28,605 nt of DNA from a virus (Duplodnaviria; Caudoviricetes). Numbering within the stretch: position 1 is the first letter of the stretch; each line of letters starts with the position of its first letter. A model generated the notes under the pieces. It was not told where the DNA came from, ran no database searches, and saw nothing but the letters and a program-made list of their open reading frames with translations. The translations under genes and the position numbers were made by a program. Of the stretch, positions 24,418 through 28,605 are shown piece by piece. The stretch is taken from the IMG/VR virus record IMGVR_UViG_3300048901_000130, positions 1-28,605 of that record; one strand, 5' to 3'.

Positions 24418-24830
24418 TGGCTGGTTTTGAGGTTATCGTTAGGCCGGTCATCCTCCCTAACATTCGTCCCGCTCTACCTCGCATTCTTCCGCCTGTACCT
24501 GATCCGAGTCAGGGCCTTTTTGTTCTTAGCGGCGGCGACGGCAATTTCCTCGGCATTTCATCAACGTTCAGTGTCAGCTTCTCACAAGAGCAGCCCCATA
24601 AGGAAGCCGTGCGGCAATACGATACAGAAAGGGTCTACAAGAAGAACGATAAGCAGCAGGGGGGCTCGACCCGCGAGGATACAAGCAACATCGACAAGAA
24701 CACCTACGTCGACGTGGAGCGCCTACGGGGAGTTAGATTTGACACCTCTGCTGGACCGATAAAGGTGGTTTATAACGATCCGCCGGAGGTCGACAACGTC
24801 AAAACGTTGCAGCGGGGCCTGGTGCGGTAA
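24414..24830 (+). CDS. Hypothetical tail-tip protein
   Basis: 138 aa; GTGA/ATG coupling and GGAGG RBS. Confidence 0.65.
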   Translation: MMAGFEVIVRPVILPNIRPALPRILPPVPDPSQGLFVLSGGDGNFLGISSTFSVSFSQEQPHKEAVRQYDTERVYKKNDKQQGGSTREDTSNIDKNTYVDVERLRGVRFDTSAGPIKVVYNDPPEVDNVKTLQRGLVR

Positions 24831-24831
24831 C

Positions 24832-25626
24832 ATGAGCTTAGTCTTCGTCACGAGTGGGGCTTGGGGGTCCGGCACCGGCGCGCCGAATAGCGCTGCCCAG
24901 GTCGATGGCAATTTCTATGATGTCGATCAGCGCATTGTCACGCTGAATGCGGACTTGGCCGAAGGCAAGCGCATCGACACCGTTACCTATACGTCAAATA
25001 GCATGACGTTCCATTTCACCGATGGAACGACTCAAACTATTCCGTTGCCGATCGCGATTGTTTCTTATGTGGGGCAGTGGACCAACAGCACTCCATACGC
25101 CCGCGGCCAGATGATCTCGGTTCGCAGTATCGGCATGTTTCAGGTGCTGGTGGATCATACGACGCCGCCACTGCCGGCGGCCTTCGACCCGAACGCGACC
25201 GATGGCAGCGGCAATCCGCTCTATCAATTCTGGATGCCGCTCTACGATGTTAATTACGACGCTGCGATCTTTGTGCCTGGCAGCATTCAGCGCACGGCTG
25301 GCGAGGTGCTGTTCCAGGCGGCGGCCAATCGGACCATGCAACTGCCAAGCGGCAATGCTCATGCTTATGCTTATCTTGATGTTGGGATCGGCACGGGGGC
25401 CAACATTATCCTTTCAATCCAAATAAACCGGGTCGAAATCGGTACCATCACATTCACCGCCGGCGCCACCCTCGACGCTGGCGGCGGACAGAGCGGCGCG
25501 TTCAATATTCCTGCCACTGTCGCTCTCGCCGAGGGCGACATCTGGTCGCTTAAAGTCACGCAATCCAATAACGCCACCCCGTCTGGGCTCTCGGTGACGC
25601 TGCCGTTTTTGCGTACGGATATCTGA
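24832..25626 (+). CDS. Hypothetical tail protein with a carbohydrate-binding-like module
   Basis: 264 aa; N-terminal G.G.P.SAAQVDGNF fibre-type motif and GQWTNSTPYARGQMI module. Confidence 0.7.
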   Translation: MSLVFVTSGAWGSGTGAPNSAAQVDGNFYDVDQRIVTLNADLAEGKRIDTVTYTSNSMTFHFTDGTTQTIPLPIAIVSYVGQWTNSTPYARGQMISVRSIGMFQVLVDHTTPPLPAAFDPNATDGSGNPLYQFWMPLYDVNYDAAIFVPGSIQRTAGEVLFQAAANRTMQLPSGNAHAYAYLDVGIGTGANIILSIQINRVEIGTITFTAGATLDAGGGQSGAFNIPATVALAEGDIWSLKVTQSNNATPSGLSVTLPFLRTDI

Positions 25627-26237
25627 TGGCATATTCCCAGGATGTATTGACGCGCTTCGTCAATGTTCACTGGCCTGAGCCAGCGGCCGGGTTAGCACCA
25701 TTATCACTCGGGTTTTCTGCTACACCGACAGGCCTTTATAAAGACGGCACTCCGACCGTTGCGACATTATCGGTAGAAGGTCTTCCCTTACTTAGTCCAA
25801 ATACATTCAAGGTAAACTTACCGGAAGGTTTTACAAAGCCGCCCTTTTTTACCGAGGCTGATTATGGCGGTACGACCGATCTGACCATGCCGGATGGGTC
25901 AGGTACGCTTACAGCGAATTGGGAACTTGCACAGCACTTCGGAGGAGCCGCGGCGGGCAGCGTTAGATACCGCAGTTCTGGAGCCGAAACGCCGTTTCTG
26001 GGCCAGAAGGAAATTAGTATAACCGTCGTCATGCAATTGAGACCGCTGGACTTTCTTTCTTCAACTTCGCAAGACAATCATTATGAATGGGGCGCCGGCG
26101 CGGTCGCAGGTATACCCGGAATACCATCTGACGAGCAATCGATGTCAAAATCTGGACGGGCCGAGACTGGAGAAACCCTGACGTTCACATTGAGTGTGAT
26201 CATGGACCCACCAAGCGCCACGTTTACTGCTGGCTGA
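25626..26237 (+). CDS. Hypothetical protein, lower GC
   Basis: 203 aa; TGATG coupling; beta-rich. Confidence 0.65.
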   Translation: MAYSQDVLTRFVNVHWPEPAAGLAPLSLGFSATPTGLYKDGTPTVATLSVEGLPLLSPNTFKVNLPEGFTKPPFFTEADYGGTTDLTMPDGSGTLTANWELAQHFGGAAAGSVRYRSSGAETPFLGQKEISITVVMQLRPLDFLSSTSQDNHYEWGAGAVAGIPGIPSDEQSMSKSGRAETGETLTFTLSVIMDPPSATFTAG

Positions 26238-26243
26238 CCTTGA

Positions 26244-26678
26244 ATGCTTGTCTGTCATGTCGTCCAACAGGCCCGGCGGGCGGCGATCGCAGCCGATGTC
26301 GCCGAGCTCGCTGCTGCGGTGGATGCGCCAGGGACCGGCAACGTCGTGTTCGCCACGCTCGTCGATGACCCGGCATCGGTGCGCGAGTTCGTCGACGCGT
26401 ACCTCGGCCAGATCATGGTCGAGGCGGCGAGCGCTGCGGCCATCGTCAATGCTGGGCTGGTCTATGCCGTTCGCATCGATGAGGCGGGGCATGCTGTCGA
26501 GTTGCTGGCAGGCTCGTTGCCCTCGATTCTAAGCGCGGCAATAGTCGAGGCGGCAAGCGCGACTGATTTGGTCGACAATTCCGTGACTGCTGGGGCGCCC
26601 TTTAACGGGATAGTCGCGCTCGACGGCCCGATCATGCCGTCCATCCCGCAACCGACTGTGATCTATATCGAGGGATAA
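26244..26678 (+). CDS. Hypothetical Ala-rich protein with EAASA repeats
   Basis: 144 aa; VEAASA occurs twice, with related DEAGHA and DDPASV units. Confidence 0.65.
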   Translation: MLVCHVVQQARRAAIAADVAELAAAVDAPGTGNVVFATLVDDPASVREFVDAYLGQIMVEAASAAAIVNAGLVYAVRIDEAGHAVELLAGSLPSILSAAIVEAASATDLVDNSVTAGAPFNGIVALDGPIMPSIPQPTVIYIEG

Positions 26679-26683
26679 AAGAC

Positions 26684-28605
26684 TTGGCCTTCGCAGACAC
26701 CACCTGGTACGCAAACGCGGGTGACCAGTCGACAACTGGTTATTACGCCGTTGCCAAATGGGCGACCGGCGCGACGATAGCGGCCGGCGCGCTGCGGCGG
26801 CAGAACACTGCGCCCGCTGTCGGCAGTGAACGAGTATTTGTTTGTATTGTCGCCGGCACCACGCACGCAACCACCGAGCCGACCTGGGTTTTAACCCGCG
26901 GGGCCAAGACCACCGACAACACAGTGACGTGGCAGGAGTGCACCGGCGCGTCTGCCATCAATGGCGATCTAACGAACACTGCCAATTGGACCGCGATGAA
27001 GGCGCTTAGCGCACCGACGCTCGGTGCGATCATCCAGCGCAATAACGGTGCGAGCTATTGGATTTGCACTACCGCTGGCACGATGGGAGCGAGCGAGCCT
27101 GCATGGCCGAATAACACTGCAGGCTCGACACAAGCTGACGGGACGACGACATGGACCTGCCTGGGCGTGGTGGGCAACTTCACCGGCGGCCAGGCCCCGC
27201 ACGCGCGGCTCGCCAACGCCTGCGCCGCCAATTGGTTCGCGGCCGGCAACACGGTCTACGTCGGCGATAACCACGCGGAAAGCCAAGCGACGGCGATTAC
27301 GATCGCGCCTGCGGGTTCTTCGTTAACGACTGTTGGCAAAATCATTTGCCACAATCATTCCGGCAGCTATCCACCGGGGACGAGCGATCTCACAGCAGGG
27401 GCCTCAATCTCGACGACGGCTGGGGTGAATATTACTTTCAACCCTACAGGGGGGGGGTCGGCATTCTATCTTTATGGCATTTCATTTGTGGTCGGAGCCG
27501 GCTCGGCCGGTGTCGCATCCTATGTAGGAGGGCAGCTTAGTTGCTTTATTTATTTCGACAGATGTTTATTCAAACTGGCGACCACTTTTGCTGGAGCCGC
27601 ATTGATACAAGTGTCCAACGGTGGCGTGAGTGTGGTGACATGGAATAATTGCACCGTCTATTTTGGCAATGCTCTTCATTACATTGACATAGGCAACGGC
27701 GTTTTTACTTGGCAGAACACAGGGCCGGTGCTGGCAAGTGGCTCGGCGGTACCAAGTGGGCTGCTTGGGCAAAGCTCCACCGGCCGTTCATATAGTCTCA
27801 CATTGGAAGCGCTCGACCTCAGTCAGATAACAGGCGCACTCGACAAGCAAGCCTCTGCTTTTCAAATGGGACCGTGGCTGATTAAAGACTGTAAGTTGAA
27901 TGCATCCATGACGATACCAACACCGCAGGCGTGGGGAGAAATAAATCAACTCGTCCGTTCCGACAGCGCCGCTACCGCCTACAAGTCCACGCGGTATGCC
28001 TACGAGGGAACCGAGACCACGGAGACCTCGATCACCCGCGTCGGCGGGGCATCCGATCCGACCGGGCAGGCGCAGGCGAGGAAGATCGTGACGACGGCCA
28101 ACGGCCAATGGCTGCGGCCTTACAAGGCCGAGCCCTATGCGATCTGGAACCCAACCACGGGCACGAACGTCACGGTGACGGTCTATGGCACGGTCAACGC
28201 CGGCACGCTCCCAAATAACGACGATATCTGGTTAGAGGTCGAATACCTCGGCTCCGCGGCGTCACCACTCGGCACCATCGTCACCACCACCAAAGCCAAC
28301 CTGCTGGCGGCGAACGCGGGGGTCGCGTCGGATGGATCGACCTGGAACGCACACACAACGCTTGATGGCGTGCCTTCGGCTGGTGTCGTCATGTCGAACG
28401 GAAATCTTACCGCAACGCACGGTACAATCAACACCAGCACAGGCGTGTCCTCCACGTCGTTTTATGGTACCGGGAAATATTATTTCGAAGTCGCGATACA
28501 AGCAACGACGACTGCCGCGAATGGTATTGGCATTATGCCGACAGGCGCGACGTTCGGTGCTTCTGATCTGCAAACGCTTTGGACCTCGCTTAATCTAGGC
28601 CCGAC
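26684..28605 (+). CDS. Tail fibre/receptor-binding protein, 3'-truncated by the window
   Basis: TTG 26684 after GAGGG; the frame read as open to the window end (>=640 aa), so it is missing from the ORF track. Two C..AGT....EP.W......T.D..TW repeats, a beta-helix-like middle, and a SPRY-like start (MSNGNLTAT...GKYYFEV) at the end. Confidence 0.8.
   Translation, partial: MAFADTTWYANAGDQSTTGYYAVAKWATGATIAAGALRRQNTAPAVGSERVFVCIVAGTTHATTEPTWVLTRGAKTTDNTVTWQECTGASAINGDLTNTANWTAMKALSAPTLGAIIQRNNGASYWICTTAGTMGASEPAWPNNTAGSTQADGTTTWTCLGVVGNFTGGQAPHARLANACAANWFAAGNTVYVGDNHAESQATAITIAPAGSSLTTVGKIICHNHSGSYPPGTSDLTAGASISTTAGVNITFNPTGGGSAFYLYGISFVVGAGSAGVASYVGGQLSCFIYFDRCLFKLATTFAGAALIQVSNGGVSVVTWNNCTVYFGNALHYIDIGNGVFTWQNTGPVLASGSAVPSGLLGQSSTGRSYSLTLEALDLSQITGALDKQASAFQMGPWLIKDCKLNASMTIPTPQAWGEINQLVRSDSAATAYKSTRYAYEGTETTETSITRVGGASDPTGQAQARKIVTTANGQWLRPYKAEPYAIWNPTTGTNVTVTVYGTVNAGTLPNNDDIWLEVEYLGSAASPLGTIVTTTKANLLAANAGVASDGSTWNAHTTLDGVPSAGVVMSNGNLTATHGTINTSTGVSSTSFYGTGKYYFEVAIQATTTAANGIGIMPTGATFGASDLQTLWTSLNLGP

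Larger units (their letters stand above)
1..28605 (+). mobile_element. Siphovirus-type phage/prophage late region
   Basis: Contiguous terminase, capsid, portal, connector, tail tube, tape measure and fibre genes. No sheath gene and no host genes seen. Confidence 0.95.

Noticed and set aside
22462-28605. Diversity-generating retroelement or invertible fibre cassette
   Set aside because: No reverse transcriptase, invertase or template/variable repeat pair seen in the window.

Overview
The window is the late/structural region of a GC-rich siphovirus or prophage, probably from an alphaproteobacterium (inferred from gene families and an EcfG-type promoter). Almost all genes are on the + strand. 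Left end: a partial ribbon-helix-helix-like gene, a stand-alone TSCPD/NrdJ-C-terminal-like gene, a two-gene QueF-like + TGT/DpdA-like cassette bracketed by a degenerate direct repeat, an antisense 30-aa micro-gene, a NusG/RfaH paralogue, a probable cos region and a ParB-DNA methyltransferase. Head module, in atypical order: TerS, TerL, two paralogous decoration-like genes around a fibre gene, a structured RNA-like spacer, an FxDxF/VPGP-CTERM exosortase substrate, HNH, a protease-capsid fusion, portal, and accessory collagen/repeat proteins. Tail module: connector genes, major tail protein, tail chaperone with a -1 frameshift, two antisense morons, tape measure, tail-tip genes and a fibre running off the right end. 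The most interesting element is the minimal putative 7-deazaguanine DNA-modification cassette (453-1333). All family assignments come from motif reading by eye; no database searches or folding computations were run.
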